Source: Candidatus Poribacteria bacterium (lineage in GTDB: Bacteria > Poribacteria > WGA-4E > WGA-3G). Taken from it: a stretch of 64,000 nucleotides of DNA. The notes under the pieces were generated by a model, which was given only the letters and a program-made list of their open reading frames with translations, searched no databases and was not told where the DNA came from. Location of the stretch: contig OZ243938.1 in the NCBI GenBank assembly GCA_965214095.1, forward strand, positions 2,880,001 through 2,944,000, read 5' to 3'. The translations under genes were made by a program, and so were the position numbers. Of this stretch, positions 49,977-61,600 are shown one piece after another (positions within the stretch are counted from its first letter, which is position 1; every line of letters begins with the position of its first letter).

Positions 49977-52102
49977 GTGACAAAATACAACAAAATAAAC
50001 ATCTATTGTCTACTAACAATCCTCATCTTTAGTTTCAGTTTCTCATTACCATCTTTTTCACAGGATAATGAGGTCAGTGAAAATATTGAAGATGTGATTG
50101 ATGTAGCGTTAGATTTAGACGGTGAGTTGAGTTACGTAGAAATTGATGACAGCAAATTATTAAATAAAATTAACGGACAAGTAACGGTGTGTGCTTGGAT
50201 TAAGGCGACAAACTTTCCTACCAGATATCTTCCGGTTATATACAAGGGGGATGAACGACTGCCCGGTATCACAAACCGTAGTTTTGTGATGTATCTACGC
50301 CATGATGGTGCGTTGCAATTCGCTTCTTCACCTGATGGAGAAAATGAGAAGTATATCTTCTCACCAAGGGGAGCAGTCAGTCTCAATAAATGGCATCACG
50401 TCGCAGGTGTTGTTGACACGACGCGAAATATTATCAGTGTCTATGTTGATGGTGTGGTAGCAGGTTATAGAGATTTTGGTCGAAACAGAAGATTTTATGA
50501 AAGTACACTACCATTAAAAATCGGTGGTACACATGAAGATACTAATCATAACCATAGATCGTTTGTCGGACAGATTGATGAGGTAAGTGTGTGGGACGTT
50601 GCCTTGACTGAAGAGCAAATCCACAACTTTATGAAGAACCGTTTGACAGGGGATGAAAGAGGATTAGTCGGTTATTGGAAATTTGATAAACAGAATGATG
50701 GTGAAATTTCCGATATGACCCATAATAAACTCAATGGGAAGTTAGTTGAAAACGCAAGATTAGTAGATTACATCCGTCCTATTCCAATAGGACTAAATCC
50801 AGAACAGCTTGAAAAACAAACAATCCTATATGAAAAAGCACTCAAACGTGGAACAGTTTCTTATGAGATATACAGCACACTTGCTGAAATATATCTCAAA
50901 ACAGGACGTATGGCTGAAGCGGAAAAAATATACGGACAGTCTTTAGAGGTGGATCTCAGACAGTCTGAACATGATGAGGCAATGAAATCACTTTGGCAAT
51001 TATACGATAGTGCGGGTAAAGAAAAAGCATTTATCACACTATTAGAAAAGTTGAAACAGAATATGCCAAAGAGTTCAGTCTTGTTTGAACTCTTAGGTGA
51101 GGCATACACTAAAGTTGGTGACAAACAGAATGCTAAAGATGCCTACTCACAATGGATCAATCTGCGAAAAGATGAAGTTTTTGAGCAAGAGCCGTCATCT
51201 GCATATTATGAACTTGCGGATAAACTTCTTGAGAAAAACATATTTCCTGAAATCGCGTTGGAGTTGGTTTTAAATGCAGCAGATGTTGAACTGGACAGAG
51301 ATTACATATTAGTGCTTGCACATGCATTCGTCGCGAATGAACAGTATGATGAAGCATCCCGACTCATAAAGAACATTTATGACATGTCTTATCTAGCTCT
51401 TGTTGAACGGAAGTTATTAACACGGGTTGTGAAAGCAGGTAAAAATGTCAAGGATAAAGAAGGTTATGAGAATATGTTGAATGAACTCATAGAATCTTTG
51501 TCAGACAATTTACGTTCTCAACTGCATACAATGCTTGTTTTGGCACAAACCTATCAGGAAACCGGAGAACACGAAAAGGCTGATGCTCTTATTCGGAAAA
51601 CAGGATTTATTACCGAAGATGCATGGTTGGTTCTTGGACCTTTTGATAACTCGGATGGGATAGGCTACAATACGCAGTATATCACAGAAAACTTGCCGAT
51701 GATTGATACTACTAAAGAATATGAAGGCAAAAATGGGAAGGTGCGTTGGCAAAAAACAAAGAACATTTCACTCTTAGGAGATATCCGTTTGGGCAAAGAG
51801 AGTGAATGGACTGTTGCGTATACTTTTGCGACGATACATTCACCTGAGGAACGTGAAGTTGAATTCCGATTTGACTCTGACGATCAAGGCAAAATCTGGG
51901 TCAACGGTATTGATGTTTTCAGGCATACCAAGACGTTTACTGCGGAAATTGACAATTTCAAGTTTCCTGTAAAACTGAATGCGGGTTAAATAGTGTTCTC
52001 GTTAAGGTATGTCAAGAGACAGGTGGCTGGGGATTTTATCTGCGGATAACCGATAAAGACGGTAATACTTATGATGATTTAGATTTCATGAAAGTAGAGT
52101 AA
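49977..52102 (+). pseudogene. Secreted LamG-TPR-'LGPFDN' domain protein with a 1-nt frameshift near the 3' end
   Basis: The ORF stops at 51989 (LNAG*), but the adjacent frame continues NSVLVKVCQETGGWGFYLRITDKDG..DDLDFMKVE* to 52102, matching the paralog C-termini. Could be a sequencing error. Confidence 0.8.
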
Positions 52103-52120
52103 AGAGTGTAGGTGTTTTTT

Positions 52121-52346
52121 GTAGGTTGGGTTTCATGCCTTGATCTAACCATAAGCGTCACTTTAGCATCCTTCCAAGTACCGGTAGGTTCGGTTTCCTA
52201 ACCGAACCGGCTTTGTGCCAAATACCTTTATAGAGGTTCTCGCACAGGTTCCGTGCGGTTAGGAAACCGAACCTACCGGCCTGGGGAAAACGCCTAATTT
52301 ACACTAAATTGACGCCTATGGGTTTCGTGCCTTGACCTAACCTACA
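52121..52346. mobile_element. Nested element: 169-bp inverted-repeat-bounded insert with a REP pair, between 23-bp direct repeats of another REP
   Basis: Direct repeats at 52128-52150 and 52320-52342 (2 mismatches); insert 52151-52319 has ends ATAAGCGTCA/TGACGCCTAT. Confidence 0.7.
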
Positions 52347-52366
52347 ACAGATTCACCAAACTTATA

Positions 52367-52469
52367 TATAGTAGATTTTGAAATTACTTGAACACTCAGC
52401 ATCGGCGAGGTTAGGAAACCTCGCCTACCGTGGGTCGCGGATGTCAACTTATATTTATAATTCACTATA
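52367..52469 (-). mobile_element. Family E 103-bp MITE (inverted)
   Basis: The reverse complement aligns with 9484-9586. Confidence 0.85.
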
Positions 52470-52505
52470 AGAGCAATAATTCAACTCATTAGGAGATATT
52501 TTTAA

Positions 52506-55500
52506 ATGACATGTTCAAAATTGTCTTTCTGCATTGTAATTTTCATGTTTATCACAGTAGGTGCTTTCATTTCAGGAAGTGAAGCGCAAGACACCGAAGA
52601 AAATAATACACCTCTCCAAGAATTCATCAACGAAACACAAATGTTAGTACGGCGGAACCAATTAGAGGAAGCAATAGAAATCTACGAAAGAATAGTGATA
52701 GCAGCACCTGATGACTATATATCTCTATTAGAACTCGCGACGCTTTACTCACGCACAAATCAACACGAAAGCGCGGCACAAACCTATAGCAAACTGCTTG
52801 CTTTTGACACAGAAAATATAACTTATCAAGATGGACTTGTTCGCAGCTTACAAGCTGCTGGTAAATACGACGAGGCACTTGATCTCGCGCAGTCATACAT
52901 TCAAACAGATCCGACAGTAGGCGAACACTACGCACGACTCGCAAGACTCTATGAAGTTGAGGGTAATGAACATGCTGCCATCGCTAACTATAATAAAGCA
53001 ATTGAAATGGCAGCCGGTGATAAACAAACGTATCTTATGCTCGCAAGACTCTATTTTCTCAATGAAGACATAGATGCGGCTGAAATGGCATTGAAGAATG
53101 CCATTCTATCAACCACTTCCGCATCAGCGCGACAAGATATTGAACGACAATTGATCAGTTTCTATCGCTATCATGGGAATTTAGGAGAGAAGTTACAACA
53201 AGCTGAAAATGATGGGACAATCACATTCCAGATGCTGAAAGTCCTCGCCGAATACTACCACAAAGCCGGAAAACTGGACAATGCTGTTAGTGTCTATAAG
53301 CGAGCACACGATATGACAAACAGTTCTTCTGAGAAAGATAAAATCACCACTGAATTGTCTAAGATATATCTGGCTCTCGGTGATATGGATTCAGTAGTAG
53401 AAGCTTATGAAACAGAGGCGAATTTGTCTATAAACAGTAAAATATTGTCTTACACTTCTGAAAGAATTACAGTGACATCGGCAAAAATTGCAGTGATATA
53501 CAAATTTGAGACTGTACGCGATTCATTGATTGGTGCTTTTAAAAGCCAAGATAAACTTGAAGTGTTAAAAACACATTATGAAGGTAAACTTAGAGAAAAC
53601 AAAGAGAATCCTGTTGCCCTAACAATATTGGCGAGGATATATTGGAATGAAAGGGATTATCAAAAAGCTGCTGAAATGTATGAAGCACTTGGCAAACCAG
53701 ATGCTCACAATGTCCGTTACTATTATTATGCTGCAGCTGCATTAAAAAGAAACAAACAACCTGATTTAGTCAAAGAGATGCTCAACCAAGCTACAAATGC
53801 CCTTGCAGCCTGTAGTGAAAAAGATGATCCGTGGTTTCTTGGCACACTTGCAACAATCTGCAATGAAAATAGGATGTTTGAACCAGCAATTGAACTCTCC
53901 AAAGATGCGATTGATAAGAGTGATATCATTGCAGATAGTAGGATTCTGGATACTTTGCATGGAATACTTGCGAAGAGTTATCGTGAGACAAAACAGTACG
54001 AAGAAGCTCTTGACATGTATCAGGTAATGGCAAGTGAAAACAGCAGTAGTAACATACGAAATAGGGCAAATAACGCGATCCGGGAAATCATCAAAGAGGG
54101 AAAACTATATGAAAGATTGATACCGGAACAACTGAAGAATGTCGTAGAAAACCCTAACAATCCAGAGATGATGTTGGAACTCGCGGAGAGTTATGAAGCC
54201 ATAGATAGTATCAAAGAAGCAATTGAACAGTATGAAAAACTTGTGGTACTGGAACCTGAAAATAGTTTTTGGTACAGAAAGTTAGGGGATCTGTATCAAA
54301 AAGTGGATCTTGAGATAGACGGAGTAATTGAAAGCAAGGCTCTTAGTTTAGATGGAGATGGGAGCTACGTGGAAATCGTAGACAGTGAGATGATTAACAA
54401 TATCTCTGAACAAGTAACGATATCTGCATGGATCAAACCAACAGATTTTCCAAACACCTGTACGACTGTACTTTTCAAAGGTAACAAACGAACGCCTAAT
54501 CTTACGCATCGTCAATTCGCGCTCTGGTTGTTTGATGAAGGTCTCGCTTATTTTGACGCATCCCCTGACGGTATTTTCATAAGATGGATTGCCTCTGCAA
54601 GTGAATCTATCCAAAAAGATCAATGGTACCACGTATCAGGAACCATTGATGCCAAGAATGACAGCATAAAGTTATATCTAAACGGTGCTGAAGTCAGTAG
54701 CAGTAATTTTAAGGGGAAAAACAAATTGACTAAGACCACACTGCCATTGCGAATCGGTTGTTCACATGAAGAAGAAATATCTGAGCATGCATCATTTGCT
54801 GGACTAATTGATGAAGTGCGGATTTGGAACATCGTGCGCACTGAAAATCAAATTCGTTCCGATATGAATAGGCAGCTGAAAGGAGATGAATCCGGTTTAG
54901 TGGGATATTGGAAATTTGATGCAGAAACTGAAGGACGCGTATCCGATAGTTCACTCAATAAGAATGATGGCAAACTTGTTGGAAATGCTAAACTTGAACC
55001 TTACAGTCGTCCAATTTTGGCAAGTATAAAGGCTGATAACTTGACCAAGGCTGCATCCTACTATGAAAAAGCGATTGAACTCAGACCAACTCTATACCAG
55101 TATTATGATCGGTTAGCAAAATTATATATGGATCAGAACCAGAAATCCGATGCTGCATTTGTATATCTACGTGCATTAGACGCACCTTTTGGACAATCAA
55201 CCCATGAAGCATTAATTCGCGCAATCTCCGATCTTTACGCTGATGACGGGCAAGTGGACAAACTTATTGCTATTCTTGAGGAAGTAAAACCGAAAATGGA
55301 GGAGAGCGTGGCCCTGCACAGACTTTTAGGTGATTTCTACAAGAAAACAGGTGATTTTGAGAAAGCTGAAATTGTAAACGCGAAGTGGTTGAAATTGAGA
55401 GAGCAAGAGGTGAATATTCAGGATGCAAGTTACCAACGTTGGTTTGCTGAAGAACTTCTTGCAAAAGGAATATATTCAGAAACATCACTAAAATATGCGA

Positions 55501-55778
55501 CACGGGCGATACAAGACAATGCGGGAATTAGTTATCACTTCCCACTGACACTTGGACGTGCGTATGTTGCGAATGATCGCTATGATGATGCGCTGAGATA
55601 TTTCAAATATGCGCTAAGTATTCTCTCAGCCAATGATTCACTGGATGATTATTGGAAAAAAGTCGCTGATGCACGTAAGAATGCAAACGACAAAGAACGT
55701 TACACCCAAATGTTAGATGCGTTGAAAAATTCCGTTCCGTCGGAATACGCAAGTTCGGTGCAAATGTCTGCCAATTGA
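52506..55778 (+). CDS. Secreted TPR protein with inserted LamG domain (1090 aa)
   Basis: Signal peptide (SEA-QD); TPR repeats homologous to the C-terminal third of the 3065-aa protein; LamG (ALSLDGDG...DEVRIW...LVGYWKFD). Confidence 0.9.
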   Translation: MTCSKLSFCIVIFMFITVGAFISGSEAQDTEENNTPLQEFINETQMLVRRNQLEEAIEIYERIVIAAPDDYISLLELATLYSRTNQHESAAQTYSKLLAFDTENITYQDGLVRSLQAAGKYDEALDLAQSYIQTDPTVGEHYARLARLYEVEGNEHAAIANYNKAIEMAAGDKQTYLMLARLYFLNEDIDAAEMALKNAILSTTSASARQDIERQLISFYRYHGNLGEKLQQAENDGTITFQMLKVLAEYYHKAGKLDNAVSVYKRAHDMTNSSSEKDKITTELSKIYLALGDMDSVVEAYETEANLSINSKILSYTSERITVTSAKIAVIYKFETVRDSLIGAFKSQDKLEVLKTHYEGKLRENKENPVALTILARIYWNERDYQKAAEMYEALGKPDAHNVRYYYYAAAALKRNKQPDLVKEMLNQATNALAACSEKDDPWFLGTLATICNENRMFEPAIELSKDAIDKSDIIADSRILDTLHGILAKSYRETKQYEEALDMYQVMASENSSSNIRNRANNAIREIIKEGKLYERLIPEQLKNVVENPNNPEMMLELAESYEAIDSIKEAIEQYEKLVVLEPENSFWYRKLGDLYQKVDLEIDGVIESKALSLDGDGSYVEIVDSEMINNISEQVTISAWIKPTDFPNTCTTVLFKGNKRTPNLTHRQFALWLFDEGLAYFDASPDGIFIRWIASASESIQKDQWYHVSGTIDAKNDSIKLYLNGAEVSSSNFKGKNKLTKTTLPLRIGCSHEEEISEHASFAGLIDEVRIWNIVRTENQIRSDMNRQLKGDESGLVGYWKFDAETEGRVSDSSLNKNDGKLVGNAKLEPYSRPILASIKADNLTKAASYYEKAIELRPTLYQYYDRLAKLYMDQNQKSDAAFVYLRALDAPFGQSTHEALIRAISDLYADDGQVDKLIAILEEVKPKMEESVALHRLLGDFYKKTGDFEKAEIVNAKWLKLREQEVNIQDASYQRWFAEELLAKGIYSETSLKYATRAIQDNAGISYHFPLTLGRAYVANDRYDDALRYFKYALSILSANDSLDDYWKKVADARKNANDKERYTQMLDALKNSVPSEYASSVQMSAN

Positions 55779-55824
55779 TGATTTAGATTTCATGAAGGTA
55801 AAATAAAATGTGTAGGAAATAATT

Positions 55825-58443
55825 ATGAAATATCTATTGACACTTTTTCTTATTATCTTTGTAATATTCGGTTGTTCATCCAGCGAATATATGGAAATAT
55901 CGGATGAAAACTTAGCTGCAGCGATACGTGACAGTCTCGGATTATATCAAAACGACACTATCACACGCCGTCAACTAAGTAAACTAACAAAACTATCTGG
56001 ACCACAAAGAAATATAAAAGACATAAGTGGCTTGCAGTATGCTAAACATTTAAGTGCTTTGGAACTCTATGGTAATCAAATCCATGATATTTCTCCACTT
56101 GCAGATTTGAAGAAACTAACCAGGTTGAATCTGGGTAACAATAATATCACAGATATTTCTCCACTAAATGGGTTGAAAGAACTTACTTACTTATCACTTG
56201 AACAGAATCAAATCCACGACATTCAACCTATTGAAAACCTGAGTAAACTCAAGTATCTATTTATTGAGCAGAATCTAATAAAAGACCTTTCGCAAGAACA
56301 ACATCTTCCTGTTACCAATGCTGTTGAGAATACCACACTGCTACACCCATCGGTAAAAGTGAATCAATATAATACGCAGATTAGTCTACCCGATGGAGCC
56401 ATTGCACGCCTTGGAAAAGGAGGTATCAACGTCTTGCGCTTTTCTCCTGATGGAACGATGCTTGCAGTCGGGACTGATATAAGGGTGTGGCTATATGACA
56501 GGAAATCAGGTAAGGAGAAACCATTACGGAAGAATTCCATCGGTCAGTCCAATGCATTGGTATTCTCTACGAATGGACGCATCCTCGCAAGTGGTGGTTC
56601 CTCAAATCCTATAGTTCAATTGTGGGATCTCTCAACAGGTCAACAACTTCCAAACATTTCCTTGCCAATATCAAGCAATTTACATCTGATGAACAAGAGA
56701 GATGTTGTTTATGAAAAATGTGTCGCTGCATTGGCGTTTCCTAAGAATTTTAGTGCTCTTCTGAGTCTTAGTTATAAAGGAAATTTTAACAATTGGGATA
56801 TTACCACAGGCAAAGAACTATCAAAACATCGTACGGATTTTGATTATGAAGGTGTATTGGCACTCTCACAAGACGGTAGCAAATTTGCTTGTGGATATTG
56901 GAATGGAAAGATATGGACAGGAGATGCTACCACAGGTAAACTAAAGAATAAACTCAACGGACATGGTAGAAGAATAAAGTTTCTTTCAAAGAATACAAAA
57001 TATCGTCGTGTTCGTGCATTGGCATACTCACCAGATTCTAGATTCTTAGCAAGCGGCAGTGAAGATAAAACAATAAAGATTTGGAGTACGAAAAAATATA
57101 AAAAACACGCCACTCTCAAAGGGCATACAGGATGGGTATCTGCACTCGCCTTTTCTGAAGATGGCAAATATATCGCCAGCGGGGACACGGAGAGCAACGT
57201 TCATCTTTGGGATGTCCATAAGAAACGAAGGATTGCCATTTTCAAGGGACACACAAACGGCATCCTTGCTATGACGTTTTCCCCTGATGGAAAGACACTT
57301 GCTACCGGCAGTGCTGATGGAACTATACGGTTTTGGGATGTCAACACTCAAGAAGCAGAATCCATCTTTACTACTGGACATACAGAATGGGTCAGAGATA
57401 TATCATTTTCTCCTGATAGCACAAAGGTCTCTACTGCATATTATAATGCAACAGCAGAAAGATGGGATGTTAAGACAACAAGTCAACTGGATGTTTTCAA
57501 TATAAATCCGCAGAAAATTTCTTATGCAGTTGCATTATCACCCGATGGTTCACATCTTGCATGTCACAATATTGAAGGCAATATCACTTTCAATGTTGAT
57601 GGTTGGGAGACAGTGATTGAATATTATAATACTGATAAAATGCGATTATGGAATCTTGATACCAAGAAAGAACTTCCATCTATTCCAGATGTATTTGGAG
57701 ACATGGCATTTTCGCCTGACAACAAGATTCTTGCTTGTAAGAGTATACAGGATATATCACCGTGGCATAAAACCACAGATAGTGAAGTTGGAAGAAGAGG
57801 CTTAAGTATGGTAGTAGGGCGGAGTAAAGAGATTCTAATAACTGAAGTTAGGACAGGAACAGAATTACACCGTTTTCATGTGGGAAAACGTGGAGGACCG
57901 CTTAGTGGGGGAGGATTAAGAGAAAAAATATCATTGATGTTCTCACCTGAGGGAAGCCTACTGGCAGCGGGAGGTATGATTTGGGATGTGGATACGTGGG
58001 AACAACTTCATAAATTCACATCAGAATACGCCGCAATCATGGCATTTTCAAAAGACATTCATACCCTTGCTGTCGAGAATAATGTAGTGACAGACAAAGA
58101 TATCCAATTGTGGAATTTTTTTACTCCTGATCAGCCACAGAGTTTACATACTATTGATTTACCAACAACAATTGAAAATAGAGCCTTAACAATTTCACCT
58201 AATGGATCAATACTTGTTGAATCAACGAAAATGGGATACGACACATATTGTGAAGCAAACATATCATTATGGGATGTAAATACAGGTGAAAAATTGTTGG
58301 CACTTCCAGGACACACTGAACCAATTACAAAGTTGGAATTTTCTCACGATGGCAAAACGCTTGCAAGTGGTTCTAAAGATGGCACTGTGCTGTTGTGGGA
58401 CTGGAAAAAAATCTATGCAAAAATCAAACCCGATGATAGATAA
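55825..58443 (+). CDS. Lipoprotein with internalin-like LRRs and WD40 repeats
   Basis: Lipobox IFG-C; ISDENLAAAIR cap; about 5 LxxLxLxxNxIxDIxPL repeats; LPDGAIARLGKG; WD40 repeats. Confidence 0.9.
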   Translation: MKYLLTLFLIIFVIFGCSSSEYMEISDENLAAAIRDSLGLYQNDTITRRQLSKLTKLSGPQRNIKDISGLQYAKHLSALELYGNQIHDISPLADLKKLTRLNLGNNNITDISPLNGLKELTYLSLEQNQIHDIQPIENLSKLKYLFIEQNLIKDLSQEQHLPVTNAVENTTLLHPSVKVNQYNTQISLPDGAIARLGKGGINVLRFSPDGTMLAVGTDIRVWLYDRKSGKEKPLRKNSIGQSNALVFSTNGRILASGGSSNPIVQLWDLSTGQQLPNISLPISSNLHLMNKRDVVYEKCVAALAFPKNFSALLSLSYKGNFNNWDITTGKELSKHRTDFDYEGVLALSQDGSKFACGYWNGKIWTGDATTGKLKNKLNGHGRRIKFLSKNTKYRRVRALAYSPDSRFLASGSEDKTIKIWSTKKYKKHATLKGHTGWVSALAFSEDGKYIASGDTESNVHLWDVHKKRRIAIFKGHTNGILAMTFSPDGKTLATGSADGTIRFWDVNTQEAESIFTTGHTEWVRDISFSPDSTKVSTAYYNATAERWDVKTTSQLDVFNINPQKISYAVALSPDGSHLACHNIEGNITFNVDGWETVIEYYNTDKMRLWNLDTKKELPSIPDVFGDMAFSPDNKILACKSIQDISPWHKTTDSEVGRRGLSMVVGRSKEILITEVRTGTELHRFHVGKRGGPLSGGGLREKISLMFSPEGSLLAAGGMIWDVDTWEQLHKFTSEYAAIMAFSKDIHTLAVENNVVTDKDIQLWNFFTPDQPQSLHTIDLPTTIENRALTISPNGSILVESTKMGYDTYCEANISLWDVNTGEKLLALPGHTEPITKLEFSHDGKTLASGSKDGTVLLWDWKKIYAKIKPDDR

Positions 58444-58477
58444 TGCAGTTTTCAAACCACACTACATTGATAAATAG

Positions 58478-58600
58478 TGTTCTGTCTACACTAATCTTGT
58501 AGGTCGGGTAGAGGCACGAAACCCGACATGCAGCCATTTATCTCAATATAGTCGGGTTTCGTGCCTCTACCCGACCTACAATGTCCGAATGGACACTCCA
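58478..58600. mobile_element. Family D element containing a REP doublet (REPIN-like)
   Basis: The 39-bp family D sequence is split by TGTAGGTCGGGTAGAGGCACGAAACCCGAC...GTCGGGTTTCGTGCCTCTACCCGACCTACA (58498-58580). Confidence 0.75.
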
Positions 58601-58622
58601 TTAGTCACTCTTAGGAGGGAAA

Positions 58623-61600
58623 ATGAAGCAACTATCTATAATACTCTTAGTCTTACTCTCAATTTCTATTCTGAATTGCTCACAACCCAATCAGTCTGCA
58701 GAATACGTAGACATATCCGATGAAAACTTGGCAGAAGTAATACGGACTAAATTAGAATTACTTCCTCATGAACCAATCCCAATAAAACAACTATCAGAAC
58801 TAACTGAACTCACAATTCCTGCACAACAAGAAATAAAAAACCTAAAAGGATTAGAAAACGCAACTGGTTTGACAAAACTGCAGATATATTCAAATTATGA
58901 AATCAGAAACCTATCTCCACTTGCAAACTTAACAGAATTGAGAGAGTTAAGTGTCTTCACCAACAAAGTCAGTAACCTTAAACCACTTAGAAACCTGTCG
59001 AAATTAACAGTGTTAAGCTTTCAGCGGAATAGAATAAGTAACCTTAAACCCCTTGAAAAGTTGACGAATCTTGAGGTGCTATATATCAGTCAAAACCCAA
59101 TTAGTGATCTTACACCTCTTAAAAACTTGAAAAACCTGAAAACTTTGTGGCTCGCGGAAAACTCAAAGTTAAGGGACATTAGTCCAATTGCAGAACTTAC
59201 ACAACTTACAGGTTTAACCTTAGATAAAATAGAAATAAAGGATCTTTCGCCCATAGCTGCATTGAAAGATTTGACTACGTTAAGGCTCAACGATAACTAC
59301 ATCAACGATATAACGCCACTCTCAGAATTAACAAACCTTACGGAATTACACATATACCATAATCAGGTGAAAGACATCTCACCACTTGCTGGATTGGCAG
59401 ACTTGACGACATTACATCTTCATAGTTCAATCCATGATATAACGCCTCTTAAGGGACTAACAAAACTTACCCAATTAATGCTATATGCAAATTATATAAA
59501 AGACATTACACCGCTTTCAGGATTAACAAATCTCACGGAACTCAGACTTGAAGACAATCAAATAACCGATATCACGCCTCTTGAAGCCTTAACAGATCTT
59601 ACTCTACTATGGCTTTATAAGAATCAGATTAGCGATATAAATCCACTTCACGGTATGACCAAGCTTGTTTCATTAGATCTGTACAGAAACAACATACAAG
59701 ATATTTCACCACTTACTGGCATGACAGAACTGAAGGGACTTTTTCTCGGAGGGAATGATATCACAAGCATTGAACCACTCAGAGATCTAACACAACTTAC
59801 ACATTTAGGACTCGCATATAACAGCATAGAAGACATCAGTCCAATTGAGAATTTTCAGTTGTTAGAATACTTGAAGTTAAGACAAAATCCGGTCAGAGAT
59901 TTTACCCCACTTGAGAAACTACGACAAAATATTCCAGACTTACATCAACCAGTACCGAAACATATTAGACGAACAAGATCTGTGCGTTCTGTTTATGAAC
60001 GACATGAGACACAAGCTGGTTTGCCTGCGGGTGCCATTGCACGTCTCGGTAAAGGTGGCATCAATGTCATGCAGTTTTCTCCCGATGGAAAGAAACTTGC
60101 AGTCGGCACTGACGTTGGCCTGAAGATGTACGATGTAACCACTGGAAATGAAATAGATGTGCCAAGTAAGATTGTTGCAGAGGTCAACGCACTTGCATTT
60201 TCACAGGATAGCAGTATGCTTGCATGTGGTGGTGCCTCAAATCCAGTGATACAATTATGGAATCTACAAAATGGAACTCAATTGCCTTCCATTCCAATTC
60301 CTTATGAGGGTAGGACAAATAGCAGACCTATTTATTCTGTTAGTGCTTTGGCTTTTTCAAACAACAATGCAAAACTTATAAACGTGAGTGGTGATGGGAA
60401 AGTATCTCATTGGGACATTTCAACAAGCAGCAATACACCTATGGTTGATTACTATCGTTATGCAAGAAGTAAAGTGATTGCAATTTCGACTGATGGTAGC
60501 AATTTTGCCAACGGACTTCATGATGGCAAAGTCCAGCTTTGGGATTCATCGAAAGAAAAACCGTTAGCAACTTTCAAAGGACATTCACGCGGTCTCGGTA
60601 TTTTCAAGATTTTCAAAAAGAAGAACAGTATTCGTCAACAGGTTGATGTTACAGCCTTAGCCTTTTCACTTGATGGAGAACTGTTGGCAAGCGGTAGTAA
60701 GGACAAGACGGTTCGCCTGTGGGAAACCAAAAACCGAAAAAGCGTACAGACATTTGAAGGACATACAGGTTGGATTACATCAGTCGCATTTTCAAATGAC
60801 AGCAATATACTTGCCAGCGGTGATACAAGCAGCAATCTCAGATTGTGGGATACGAATAGTGGAGAAGAACTGAAATCACTTCAAGGTCACAGAAATACCA
60901 TAGTTGCATTGACTTTCGCACCTGATAATAAAACACTTGCCAGTGGCAGTGCAGACGGAACAATACGTTTTTGGGATGTCAACGACAGCGAAGAGACTTC
61001 TGTCTTTACTACCGGTCATACAGAATCTGTGATGGTAGGCGCGTTCTCCTCAGACAGTACAACCTTCACAGCTGCAATGTTCAACGGCACCGTCCAGAAA
61101 TATGATATTAAGACACTGAAAGAACTTTCCTCTTTCGTAGCAAACAAACATAACATAACTGACAGTGTGGTGCTTTCACCTGATGCTTCTCTCTATGCAA
61201 GTCAAAGTGTAGAAAAGTCAGTAGCATTCAATATGTATGGTACTAAAACTGATATAACTTATGATGCAAATCCGGATCGAAGCGAATTATCTTTGTGGGA
61301 TTTAAGCACAGGTGAACAACTACCCGCACAGCAACCTGCAGAAGATATGGTTTTTTCACCAAATAACAAATATGTTGCCCGGATCACTTCAGATAACGTT
61401 ATTGTTTCTGATGTGCGTAACGGCGACGAATTCTTCAGATATGAAACCAATTCTAACTCGGTACTTTTCTCACCTGACAGCGCGCTTCTTGTTACTGGTT
61501 CAAGTTTTTCTGACACTTCTGAGGTATGGAATGTTAAAAGAAAGCAGAAACTTGCATCATTCAGTAGGAACAACAGACCAATTGCATTTACACCAGATGG

